A stretch of 64,000 nucleotides of DNA from Thermoanaerobaculia bacterium (GCA_963719365.1 OY970380.1:1873295-1937294); one strand, 5' to 3'. Positions 17,894 through 26,831 are shown, numbered from the stretch's first letter. Notes: generated by a model not told the origin, from the sequence alone. Numbers and translations are program-made.

Positions 17894-19392
17894 TGTTCGA
17901 AGAATTCACAACGGAGCCGGTCAAGCCGCCGATCCTGGAGCGTTGGTTTGCGCCGTCCGCGTCGCCATCGTTCGTTCGCGCCCGCTGGATCTGGCTTCGC
18001 TGCCTCGGCGCCATCTTCTTCTCCGCGTTTTACTCCCTCTACTTCCAGATTCAAGGCCTCATCGGACCGCGCGGCATCCTTCCGTCCGGCGAATACCTCG
18101 GCGCCGTGCATCGCGCCCTCGGCCTCAAAGGCTACTGGTTCGCGCCAACGCTGCTCTGGTTCAGTGCGAGCGACGGGATGCTCAGCGCAATCGTCTGGAT
18201 TGGTTTCGCCGCATCGATCGCCATCATCCTCAATCTCTGGCCCCGACTCTCGATCGCAGTGGCCGGAGTTTGCTTCCTCTCGTTCATCGGAGCAGCGCAG
18301 GATTTCGCCGGATACCAATCGGACGGCATGCTGCTCGAGGCGGCGTTCCTCTCGATCTTTCTCGCGCCGCGCGGAATCCGGCCGCGCATGGGCACCGATC
18401 AGCCGCCGTCGCGGGCATCCGTCTTCCTGTTGCAGTGGGAGTGGTTCCGCATCTACTTCCAATCGGGCGTGGTCAAGATCCTCAGCGGCGACGAGCAGTG
18501 GCGCAACCTGACGGCGATGGACAAGTACTACGAGAACGGTCCGCTGCCATCGTGGGGGGGTTGGCATATCCAGCAGTGGCCGCATTCGTTCCACGCGTTC
18601 TCGGCGGGTCTGACGCTCTTCGTCGAGCTGTTCGCCGTCTGGCTGTTGTTCGCGCCGCGCAAGAATTCGCTGTGCCGGACGATCGCATTCATCATCGTCA
18701 CGCCGCTGCAAATCGGTATCATCCTCACCGCGAACTACGCGTTCCTCAACTACCTCGTCCTCTGTCTCGGCGTTCTTCTTCTCGATGACGCGATCCTTCA
18801 CGGACCCGCGCCGGTGCCGCGAAAGAACAAGCCGTCGCTCGTCGCGGCGTTCGTGCTGACGACGATCTTCCTCACGACGATCGCCAGTTTCCTGATGCCG
18901 TCCTTTCCTACCGTCACGCTGGTCGATCCGTTCCGCATTGCCAATCGCTACGGCCTCTTCGCCGTGATGACGCGGCAACGCATCGAGATCGAGTTCCAGG
19001 GCACGAGCGACGGTACAAACTGGATCGCCTATCCGTTCCGCTACAAGCCTCAGGACGTTCGCGCGCGCCCCGGAATCTACGCGCCCTACCAACCACGCTT
19101 CGAGTGGAATCTCTGGTTCGCATCACTCGGCTCGGTGCAGGAAAATCAATGGGTCCTCAACACCGAAGCGAGGCTGATGGAGAATTCGCCGCCAGCTCTG
19201 CAGTTGTTTGCGAACAATCCATTCGCGAACAAACCACCAATCGCCGTTCGCGCCGTGGCATGGCAGTACTGGTTCACCACGCGCGAACAGCGTTCGCGAA
19301 CGGGCGCCTGGTGGCGACGCGAGCTCCTCGGCGCGTACGCACCAACGGCGCGGCGGGCGGCAGATGGAAGTGTCTCGTTCGATTCCGAGTGA
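17890..19392 (+). CDS. Lipase maturation factor (LMF1) family membrane protein
   Basis: Motifs GLIGPRGILP, YQSDGMLLEA, SGVVK, NYAFLNYL, NRYGLFAVMT and PYQPRFEWNLWFA. ATGA overlap with the upstream gene. Confidence 0.92.
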   Translation: MMFEEFTTEPVKPPILERWFAPSASPSFVRARWIWLRCLGAIFFSAFYSLYFQIQGLIGPRGILPSGEYLGAVHRALGLKGYWFAPTLLWFSASDGMLSAIVWIGFAASIAIILNLWPRLSIAVAGVCFLSFIGAAQDFAGYQSDGMLLEAAFLSIFLAPRGIRPRMGTDQPPSRASVFLLQWEWFRIYFQSGVVKILSGDEQWRNLTAMDKYYENGPLPSWGGWHIQQWPHSFHAFSAGLTLFVELFAVWLLFAPRKNSLCRTIAFIIVTPLQIGIILTANYAFLNYLVLCLGVLLLDDAILHGPAPVPRKNKPSLVAAFVLTTIFLTTIASFLMPSFPTVTLVDPFRIANRYGLFAVMTRQRIEIEFQGTSDGTNWIAYPFRYKPQDVRARPGIYAPYQPRFEWNLWFASLGSVQENQWVLNTEARLMENSPPALQLFANNPFANKPPIAVRAVAWQYWFTTREQRSRTGAWWRRELLGAYAPTARRAADGSVSFDSE

Positions 19393-19449
19393 GCCCATCA
19401 CGAACCCGCAAAGTGCCTACACATCGTAGCTAGCGTTATCATTTGAACG

Positions 19450-19647
19450 ATGATCCGAACACAGATCCGATTGACTGAAGAGCAGCCCGCACGGCTGCGC
19501 GAAGCCGATGCAGCCAAAGGCCGGTCGACGCGCGATCGATCTGCTCTGCGCGAGGCTGCAATCGCTACTGCTGGCCGCTACCGTTCTGGAATCCGGGATC
19601 TGGCAAAACGACATGACCACTATCTGGCCTCGGACTTGACGCGTTGA
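19450..19647 (+). pseudogene. Degenerate CopG/RHH (VapB-type) antitoxin with no cognate toxin
   Basis: MIRTQIRLTEEQ...AGRYRSG..DLAKRHDHYL. The usual central S.AE.IR helix appears to be missing. Confidence 0.6.
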
Positions 19648-19680
19648 CGGGAGGGGTCAGGTCGAAACCGAAACTGACGA

Positions 19681-20739
19681 CTAGTGGCGTGTAAAGGATC
19701 GTTTGGGACCAGTAATGCGGTGCTGCACGTCGACGTAACTCCAGCGAATCGGGCGTGGCTTGTCGTTGTAGCGAGTGATGTAGGTCATCAGCTTGCGGCG
19801 TAGGTCAGGAATCGATGTGAAGACGCCGCGGCTGATCACGTCGCGCTCGATTTTGCTGAACCAGATCTCCACCTGATTGAGCCAGGAGGAGTAGGTGGGC
19901 GTGAAGTGCAGCGTGACGTTCGGGTAGTCGGCCAGGAACTGCCTGACCCGCTCGGTTTTGTGAGCTGAGAGATTGTCCAGGATGACGTGGATCTCTTTGC
20001 CTTTTGGCTGCGAGGCCACGATCGACAGCAGAAAGGCGACGAACTCTTCGCTCGTGTGCCGGGCCGCTGTTTTGCCGATGACCTCTCCGGACTTGGTGTC
20101 GAGCGCTGCGTAGAGAGAAAGCGTTCCATGCCGGTAGTACTCGAATCCGTGGCGCTCGAGTCGTCCCGGTGAGAACGGCAGAACCGGGTCGAGGCGGTCG
20201 AGAGCTTGAATGGCGGTCTTCTCGTCCACGCAGAAAACAGCGGCGTGCTGCGGCGGGTTGACGTACAAGCCGATCACGTCGGCCGCCTTTGTCTCAAAGT
20301 CCGGATCGTTCGAAGCCACGTAGCGTTCGATCCGATGAATCTTGAGGTTCGCTCGCTTCCATACCGTCGCTACCAGCGTGTGACTGATCCCGAGCTTCTT
20401 TCCCAGCTTTCGGGTCGTCCAGTGCGTCGATCCATCGCTCGGCTTGCGCGAGGTCCACTTCAGAATGCGAGCTTCCATGGCCGGAGTCAGAACCGATCGT
20501 TTCCGGCCCTGCTGTCGGGCGTACAACCCGGCAATGCCTCCCTCCAGGAATCGGCCCTTCCACCGGCTCACGTAGCTCCGGTTGCATCCCAGCTTCGACT
20601 GAATCGAGGTGTACGGCTCACCCTCGGCCAACAGCAGAATCAACCGCGCTCGGCGTGCATCCTCGGCCCGCACCATCCTGCTCCGGGCTCGGCTCTCCAG
20701 TTCTTCCTGATCCGACCGCTTAAGTACCAGCTTCTCCAT
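19681..20739 (-). CDS. IS630-family DDE transposase
   Basis: HTH N-terminus; motifs CVDEK, YYRHGT, ILDNLSAHK and TPTYSSWLNQVE. The stop codon is formed by the target CTAG. Confidence 0.95.
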   Translation of the reverse strand: MEKLVLKRSDQEELESRARSRMVRAEDARRARLILLLAEGEPYTSIQSKLGCNRSYVSRWKGRFLEGGIAGLYARQQGRKRSVLTPAMEARILKWTSRKPSDGSTHWTTRKLGKKLGISHTLVATVWKRANLKIHRIERYVASNDPDFETKAADVIGLYVNPPQHAAVFCVDEKTAIQALDRLDPVLPFSPGRLERHGFEYYRHGTLSLYAALDTKSGEVIGKTAARHTSEEFVAFLLSIVASQPKGKEIHVILDNLSAHKTERVRQFLADYPNVTLHFTPTYSSWLNQVEIWFSKIERDVISRGVFTSIPDLRRKLMTYITRYNDKPRPIRWSYVDVQHRITGPKRSFTRH

Positions 20740-20791
20740 GCAGTTGAGAACAGCAGTCTACTGGTCCCAATTGCACGTTTACACTCCACTA
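19682..20791 (-). mobile_element. IS630-family insertion sequence
   Basis: Imperfect terminal IRs (tagtggcgtgtaaaggatcgtttgggaccagta vs tagtggagtgtaaacgtgcaattgggaccagta); CTAG at both ends, with TA duplicated at 19682-83 and 20790-91. Confidence 0.92.
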
Positions 20792-20884
20792 GTGCATCGA
20801 GCGGACTATTTCGCACCGAAGTGTCGTCAGTTTCGGTTTCGACCTGACCCCTCCCGCGGACTTCGCGCCTTCGCGTGCCTGCCT

Positions 20885-21571
20885 TCAAAACTCCAATCCG
20901 AATCGCGTGCTCATTTCGCGGACGCCAACACGAGTCACGCTCAAGGCGCGGCTATCGAGATCGGGGACGACCCATTTTCGTTTCAACGCCAAGTTGAGAA
21001 GGGTGGCGCCGAGGGCACCGGCGAGGTGGGGGCGGCGCTCGCTCCAGTCGAGACAGGAGCAGGCGAAACGGCGTCGCAACGCGCGAACAGCGTCGACGTC
21101 GATGCCGAGGGATTCGATTGATTTCGTTCCGCTCGCGGTGAGTTCGTAGGCGCCATCGTCCAAGTCTTTCAGCCAGCCACGTTCTTTGAAGCGATCGTGG
21201 ATTGAGACTGCAATCGCACCGGCCATGTGGTCGTAACAAGTGCGCGCGTCGCGCAGACGGCTCGGCGTGTTCGGAACGAAGCGCTCGCGCGGCCCGCCTG
21301 CGACGACCATTAGCGCTTCCAGAGCTGCAGCGACGCTGGCCCCACCGAGGCTGTAGTAGCGATGTTTGCCTTGCGCGAGAACGTTCACGAGGCGCTGTTC
21401 CTTCAGTCGAGCGAGATGGACGCTTGCCGTCGATGCGCTCACGTCCGCCACGGCGGAAAGCTCCGTGCTCGTCCGCGCGTGCCCGTCCATCAGACAGCAG
21501 AGCATGCGTGCGCGGGCAGGTTCGGCGATGGCCGCGGCGATTCCGGAGAGCGAAGCGTTAGCAACATCCAT
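20885..21571 (-). CDS. ArsR/SmtB-family transcriptional regulator with ARTCYDHxAG C-terminal domain
   Basis: Motifs IAEPARARML, STASVHLARL, QGKHRYY, ARTCYDHMAG and CLDWSERRPHLAG. Confidence 0.9.
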   Translation of the reverse strand: MDVANASLSGIAAAIAEPARARMLCCLMDGHARTSTELSAVADVSASTASVHLARLKEQRLVNVLAQGKHRYYSLGGASVAAALEALMVVAGGPRERFVPNTPSRLRDARTCYDHMAGAIAVSIHDRFKERGWLKDLDDGAYELTASGTKSIESLGIDVDAVRALRRRFACSCLDWSERRPHLAGALGATLLNLALKRKWVVPDLDSRALSVTRVGVREMSTRFGLEF

Positions 21572-21623
21572 ACTTTGATGATAAACGAAGTGTGCCTGTT
21601 CGCAAATTGCGATACTGCGGCGC

Positions 21624-21959
21624 ATGACGATTACCTGTTTCATCCGCTACGAGATCGATCCGTTCAAGCTGGAGACCTTCAACGAGTACGCAACGAACTG
21701 GGGCCGCATCATCCCCCGCTGCGGCGGCAACCTCATCGGCTACTTTCTGCCGCACGAAGGAACGAACAACATCGCCTGGGGATTGATCTCGTTCGACAGC
21801 CTCGCGTCGTACGAGAGCTACCGAGCGCGCCTCAAAGCCGATCCGGAAGCCCGCGAGAATTTCGCGCTGGCGCAGACCGAGCGATTCATCCTTCGCGAAG
21901 AGCGGACGTTCCTGCGAGGTGTCGAGGGCACACTGAATGTTCCGGCCTGCGAGAGATAA
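21624..21959 (+). CDS. NIPSNAP family protein
   Basis: [11 protein letters not shown]...GYFLPHEG...[10 protein letters not shown]; divergent from the ArsR gene. Confidence 0.9.
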   Translation: MTITCFIRYEIDPFKLETFNEYATNWGRIIPRCGGNLIGYFLPHEGTNNIAWGLISFDSLASYESYRARLKADPEARENFALAQTERFILREERTFLRGVEGTLNVPACER

Positions 21960-21981
21960 CATGTTCTTCTCGACCGCCCGT

Positions 21982-22209
21982 GCCCCTCATCCGGCTTCGC
22001 CACCTTCTCCCCACAAAACGCGTGGGGAGAAGGCGCTCGATGGGAGTGGGTGGCCGATGATTTTCACACATTCAGCACTCTCGTTTTCAACTCAGCCAGA
22101 ACTCGTACGCGCTCTACATCCTCCTCAGTTCTCGCCAGTCACAAACATCGAGCGCCTTCTCCCCTCGTGCTTTTCGAGGGGAGAAGGTGGCGAAGCCGGA
22201 TGAGGGGCG
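21982..22209. repeat. Pair of inverted REP-like palindromes (CCCTCATCCGG...CTTCTCCCC...GGGGAGAAGG)
   Basis: 21982-22042 and 22146-22209 are near reverse complements, and each contains an internal hairpin. Confidence 0.88.
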
Positions 22210-22301
22210 CCGCGCAGGCAGACGAACACGAAGTTTAAGTCCCAGTCCCTGATCTCTTTTTCGCCCCCGAACCTCGATGACACACATACAGAAAGACACT
22301 C

Positions 22302-22317
22302 TGGCACGGGAGTCGCT
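22302..22317 (+). promoter_or_regulatory. Putative sigma-54 promoter (-24/-12)
   Basis: TGGCACGGGAGTCGCT has GG-N10-GC spacing and ends 13 nt before ATG 22331. Confidence 0.55.
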
Positions 22318-22330
22318 ATTGCTGAGCCTC

Positions 22331-22486
22331 ATGGGAAACTTACTTTGGCTCATCATCGTGATCCTCGTCATCCTCTGGCTCGGTGGCTTTGCGATGCACA
22401 TCGGCGGTGGTCTCATCCACCTGCTGCTCGTCATCGCTGTGATTGTGCTGATCATTCAGCTCATCACAGGCCGGCGCGTCGTCTAG
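22331..22486 (+). CDS. lmo0937-family (DUF5670-like) small membrane protein
   Basis: MGNLLWLIIVILVILWLGGF...GGLIHLLLVIAVIV...GRR. Confidence 0.85.
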   Translation: MGNLLWLIIVILVILWLGGFAMHIGGGLIHLLLVIAVIVLIIQLITGRRVV

Positions 22487-22528
22487 AGCGGCCGGCAGGC
22501 AGCGTTGCGCGAGCGCGCTGCACGCCGG

Positions 22529-23336
22529 CTAACTGACGAAGCGTTTGAACGCGGCGACAAGCCGCGCCACACGATCGGAATCGACGGGCGCTCCGACGCG
22601 TCCGTCGATTTTGATCGAGGTGCCAACGATCGCGCCATCCGCATCGGCAAATGCTGACGCGTTCTGCTCAGTCAGTCCGCTGCCGATGAGAACCGGCGTA
22701 TCAGGCAGCGCCTCCCGCACGCGCGCGAAGCTGGCCCGATCGGCTTCCGCTCCAGTCTCCGAACCACTGATGATGATGCCGTCCGCGAAGCCGCGATGGC
22801 GCAGGTCTTTGGCCGCCTGCACCTCGTCGATCGATGTCAGCGGCACGGCGTGCTTGACCATGTGGTCGGCAAAAATCAGCAACGCGGGCGCGATCGCCGC
22901 ACGCAATCGCAGCGACTCCGCGGCACGTCCTTCGATGATCCCCTGATCGGTCAGCATCGCTCCCGTGTGGATGTTGACGCGGATGAACGCCGCGCCGGTC
23001 GCTGCAGCGATGGCAATCGCCGACAACGCGTCATTCCGCAGCACATTCACACCAAACGGGAGCTTCACCTCCGCCACGACCTCGGTGATGACGCGCGTCA
23101 ATCCCGCGATCGTCTCGGCCGGAACGCTCCCTTTGAAGAACGGCCGGTCGCCAAAATTTTCGAATGCGATCGCATCGCAGCCACCCTCGCAACGCCCGCG
23201 CATCGCGCATGGCCGCATCGACCACCGCATCCATCGATCCGCCAAAACGAGGCGCGCCCGGCAACGCACCGACGTGCACCATGCCGATGATGGCGTTGCG
23301 GGAGAAGCGTTTTGCAAAATCGTCGCGGCTCAGCAT
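22529..23336 (-). pseudogene. BtpA/SgcQ-family protein with a frameshift near 23188-23190
   Basis: N-terminal half IGMVHVGALPGAP (ORF 23031..23336); C-terminal half ENFGDRPF, GVNVLRND, VKHA, IGSG and DGAIVGT (ORF 22529..23317). Confidence 0.82.
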
Positions 23337-23338
23337 GT

Positions 23339-23526
23339 GATCAGTAGATTAGTGGATTAGCCGATCGATAGATTCAGGAATCGGAAGTTCCGAGCCACTC
23401 CGGACTCTGGTGCACTATCTATCAATTCACTGGTCTATTTTGCTCTGTTCCCACACCCCACCCCCCACACCCACGACCCGAAGCCCTTTCCGATCTACTA
23501 ATCTACTCATCCACTGATCTACTATC
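23339..23526. repeat. Inverted TAGATTAG/CTAATCTA octamer arms (family H) enclosing a family D C-rich arm
   Basis: gatcagtagattagtggattag...cccacaccccaccccccacaccc...gatctactaatctactcatccactgatctactatc. Confidence 0.7.
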
Positions 23527-23531
23527 GCTCT

Positions 23532-24941
23532 ATGTCCGATCTCAAGCTTTTCAACACCCTCACGCGCGAGAAAGAGACCTTCGAGCCGCTCGTTCCGGGC
23601 GAGGTGCGCATGTATTCGTGCGGGCCCACTGTCTACAACCACCTGCACATCGGCAACATGCGCACATTCCTCTGGAGCGATCTGCTGCGGCGCTACCTCG
23701 AGTTTCGCGGGCTGCGCGTGAAGCAGATCATGAACATCACCGACGTCGAGGACAAGATCATCCGCAACGCCGCGGCCGCCGGAAATGATCTGACCACGTA
23801 CACCGCGCCCTACATCGAGTCCTTTCACGATTCGCTGGCCAAGTTGCGCGTCCGCCGCGCCGATGCCTATCCGCGCGCCACCGAATACATCCCGCAGATG
23901 GTTGCGCTCGTCCAGCAACTGACCGACCGCGGCCACACGTACGTCGCCGACGGCTCGACCTACTTCAAAGTCGCCTCGCTGCCCGGCTACGGCAAGCTCG
24001 CGCGGATCGAGATCGATCAGACCAGCGAATACAGCCGCATCGAGTCCGACGAGTACGAGAAAGAGTCGGCGCGCGATTTCGTGCTCTGGAAATCGAAGAA
24101 GGACAACGAGCCCGCGTGGCAGACGCCGATCGGCGAAGGGCGTCCCGGCTGGCACCTCGAGTGCTCCGCGATGTCGATGGACCTCCTCGGCGAGACCTTC
24201 GACATCCACACCGGCGCCGTCGATCTCATTTTTCCGCATCACGAAAACGAGATCGCGCAAAGCGAAGGCGCCACCGGCAAACCGTTCGTCCGCTACTGGA
24301 TTCACGGCGAGCACCTCAACATCGATCAGCAGAAGATGTCGAAGTCCCTCGGCAACATCTACACGGTGCCCGAGGTCGAGGAGATGGGGTATGACCTGCT
24401 GGCGCTGCGGTATGCGCTGCTGTCCGTCCCTTACCGCACGAAACTGAACTTCACGATGCAGTCGCTCGACGACGCGAAGAACGCGCTGTCGCGGATCGAA
24501 TCGTTCCTGCTGCGCGTCGACGAAGTCTCGCGATCGGCCGCGCATGATGCCCGCCATTCCGACGGCGCCGCGGATCAGTTGATCGGCAAGTTCCTGATCG
24601 ATTTCGAAACCGCGATGGACGACGATCTCAACACCGCCGGCGCCCTGGGCGCGCTCTTCACGCTGATCCGCGAAGCCAACGTGGCCATGGACGAAGGCCG
24701 CATCCTGGCCGGTGATGCCGAGGGGCTGAAGACGGCGGTGATGAAAATCGATCCGGTGCTGGACCTCTTTCCAAAGCAGCGCGAAAACCTCGACGCCGAG
24801 ATTGAATCGCTCATTGCCGCTCGAAATGTCGCACGCAAAGCACGCAACTTCGCCGAAAGCGACCGCATTCGCGACGAGCTCCTCGGCCGGGGGATTCTGC
24901 TGGAGGACACGCCGGCGGGTACGCGGTGGCGGAAGGGCTAA
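23532..24941 (+). CDS. cysS: Cysteine--tRNA ligase
   Basis: Motifs CGPTVY, HIGN, GRPGWHLECSAM, FPHHENE and KMSKS. Confidence 0.97.
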   Translation: MSDLKLFNTLTREKETFEPLVPGEVRMYSCGPTVYNHLHIGNMRTFLWSDLLRRYLEFRGLRVKQIMNITDVEDKIIRNAAAAGNDLTTYTAPYIESFHDSLAKLRVRRADAYPRATEYIPQMVALVQQLTDRGHTYVADGSTYFKVASLPGYGKLARIEIDQTSEYSRIESDEYEKESARDFVLWKSKKDNEPAWQTPIGEGRPGWHLECSAMSMDLLGETFDIHTGAVDLIFPHHENEIAQSEGATGKPFVRYWIHGEHLNIDQQKMSKSLGNIYTVPEVEEMGYDLLALRYALLSVPYRTKLNFTMQSLDDAKNALSRIESFLLRVDEVSRSAAHDARHSDGAADQLIGKFLIDFETAMDDDLNTAGALGALFTLIREANVAMDEGRILAGDAEGLKTAVMKIDPVLDLFPKQRENLDAEIESLIAARNVARKARNFAESDRIRDELLGRGILLEDTPAGTRWRKG

Positions 24942-24947
24942 CGCGAC

Positions 24948-25238
24948 TCAGCTGGCTTTCCGAAGGGGCCTCGGAAGACTCCCGACGCGCGCGGCTGCGC
25001 GATGCAAGTCAACCGCTCGTTGTGCGTTCAGCCAAAAGTCCGGCGTCGTTCCAAGTGCTGCCCCTAGTTTGAGCGCCATCTCCGCCGTCACCGACGTGCG
25101 GCCGTTCACGATGCGGTTGATCACCTTGACATCGCATCCGATATGCGCCGCCAACTGGTTCTGCGTCATCGCCAGCGGTGCAAGAAACTCCTCACGAAGA
25201 ATCTCGCCAGGAGTGGTTGGAGTTCTTTGACGAATCAT
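24948..25238 (-). CDS. higA: HigA-family antitoxin
   Basis: PGEILREEFL, HTH, VTAEMALKL and FWLNAQ. Confidence 0.92.
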   Translation of the reverse strand: MIRQRTPTTPGEILREEFLAPLAMTQNQLAAHIGCDVKVINRIVNGRTSVTAEMALKLGAALGTTPDFWLNAQRAVDLHRAAARVGSLPRPLRKAS

Positions 25239-25268
25239 GTTGTGCCTTCCTCGAAGATCAGCGCTCGG

Positions 25269-25559
25269 CTAGTGGTAGTCGACGACATGGACATCTACAG
25301 CTCCCAGATCAGTCCACCGAAAAACAACACGCCATTGATCGTTCACACGAATGCTGTGAAATCCGCGCCAGCGTCCCTTCAATGCTTCCAACCGGTTTCC
25401 TGGCGGCGACGCGAGGTCTCGCAGTTCATGCGCGTACTCGATCATGTCTAGTTTGCGTGCAACGACGCGAGCGACGCTCGCCCAGCCAAGGCGTGCGCTC
25501 GCTCGTCCTCGGATGAAGAACGACTCAACGTCCTCACTGGCAAAGCTCCGAATCGCCAC
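25269..25559 (-). CDS. higB: HigB (RelE/ParE-family) toxin
   Basis: IRSF...PPGNRLEALKG...SIRVNDQWRVVFRW...VDYH; GTG start at 25559. Confidence 0.92.
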   Translation of the reverse strand: MAIRSFASEDVESFFIRGRASARLGWASVARVVARKLDMIEYAHELRDLASPPGNRLEALKGRWRGFHSIRVNDQWRVVFRWTDLGAVDVHVVDYH

Positions 25560-25669
25560 TTCGCGGCCAGCATACCTCACATCGGTATACCTTGTCAGCA
25601 CCTTCAGTCGCCGGGAGGCTTCGCTCCGCGGCGCTGTCAAAGGGCAGCATAACCAAGTAAAATCACGTC

Positions 25670-25894
25670 ATGTCCTCGCAGAACGATCCAGCCTACGGCC
25701 TCCGAGTCGCGTTCGATCTGTTCGATGCAGCCGAGGCACTTTTGCGGCAGAACATCCTGCGGGAATTTCCCGAATCCACCGAGCAGGAAATCGAAGTGAA
25801 GATCCGCGCCTGGTTGCAGGACCGGCCCAGTGACCGCCTCGAGACTGTCCCGGGATTCCGCATCCGGCGGTCGATCGCGACTAAGCCGGATTGA
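25670..25894 (+). CDS. Small hypothetical protein resembling the partners of nucleotidyltransferase-type TA-like modules
   Basis: 74 aa, AFDLFD...LRQ...FPES.E.EIE..I.AWL; TAAAAT lies 6 nt upstream of the ATG. Confidence 0.6.
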   Translation: MSSQNDPAYGLRVAFDLFDAAEALLRQNILREFPESTEQEIEVKIRAWLQDRPSDRLETVPGFRIRRSIATKPD

Positions 25895-25897
25895 TCC

Positions 25898-26596
25898 TCA
25901 CTTCATCGCCGTCAACATCACCGGCTTCGCGCGATACCACTCCGGATAGACCCGCTTCAGCGCGTCGATCTTTGGCAGGTCGTTGAACACGATGTAGGGC
26001 TGATGCGGGTTGTGGATCAGGTAATCCTGGTGGTAATCCTCGGCGGCGTAGAAGCCTTTCAGCGGCTCGATCTTCGTCACGATCGGCGATGCGAAGACTT
26101 TCGCTTTCGACAACTGATCGACGTACGCGCGCGCCACGCGCTCCTGTGACGGCGACGCGAAGAAGATCTCCGACCGATAACTCGGACCGCTGTCCGGACC
26201 CTGACGATTCAGCTCCGTCGGATCGTGGGCGACGGAGAAGAACAGGCGCAGAAGCTGGCCGTATGAGATCTGCTTCGGATCGAATGTGATCTCCACCGAC
26301 TCCGCGTGCCCGGTCGTTTCGGTGCCCACCATTTCGTAATGCGCGGTGGACTTGTCGCCGCCCGAGTAGCCGGCCACGACCTTCGTCACGCCCTTGACGT
26401 GCTCGAACATCCCCTGCAATCCCCAGAAGCATCCGCCGGCGAGGACGGCCACCTGCGAACCGGTTGCCTCGGCGGCCGGAGTGTCGACAGCCGGTGCAGG
26501 AATCGACTTGTTCACTGCTTCGGCGTTGGCGCCGCAACTCAGTCCGAATGCCGCGAGGGCAAGGGCTACGATCGTTTTTCTCATTGGGAGTCGCAT
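25898..26596 (-). CDS. msrA: Exported peptide-methionine (S)-S-oxide reductase
   Basis: Motifs GGCFWG, TGHAE, HDPT..NRQG and AEDYHQDY; signal peptide with a possible lipobox (GLSC). Confidence 0.93.
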   Translation of the reverse strand: MRLPMRKTIVALALAAFGLSCGANAEAVNKSIPAPAVDTPAAEATGSQVAVLAGGCFWGLQGMFEHVKGVTKVVAGYSGGDKSTAHYEMVGTETTGHAESVEITFDPKQISYGQLLRLFFSVAHDPTELNRQGPDSGPSYRSEIFFASPSQERVARAYVDQLSKAKVFASPIVTKIEPLKGFYAAEDYHQDYLIHNPHQPYIVFNDLPKIDALKRVYPEWYRAKPVMLTAMK

Positions 26597-26831
26597 GACA
26601 GTTTCCTTTTCGCGCTGCAAGTCTCTACGGTTCGGGAGCGCCGATGGTCTCGCGAAGCATCAGCAGCAACGCGGACATCTCTGTTACAAACGCCTCGCAC
26701 CGCCGAACGATTTCGCGTGAAGCAGACAGCGGTTCAGGACGGCACCCTGTCAATGGCTCGCCTCTTGACCCACGCGCCGCGCGAATTTCGTGAACAGAAT
26801 GTGAACTCGATCAAGAAAGTTCCGTTTCCGG

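Larger units (their letters stand above)
19648..20856. repeat. Perfect 34-bp inverted repeat (19648-19681 / 20823-20856), split by the IS630 insertion
   Basis: cgggaggggtcaggtcgaaaccgaaactgacgac and its exact reverse complement. Confidence 0.92.

Noticed and set aside
16181-19092. Long antisense and alternate-frame ORFs (e.g. 16181..17800, 17884..19092; also 11931..13451, 13731..15347)
   Set aside because: Shadow ORFs of GC-rich genes with low-complexity Arg/Gly/Ala composition and no motifs.
26800-26815. CRP/FNR-like site TGTGA-N6-TCAAG
   Set aside because: Only one good half-site; too weak to call.
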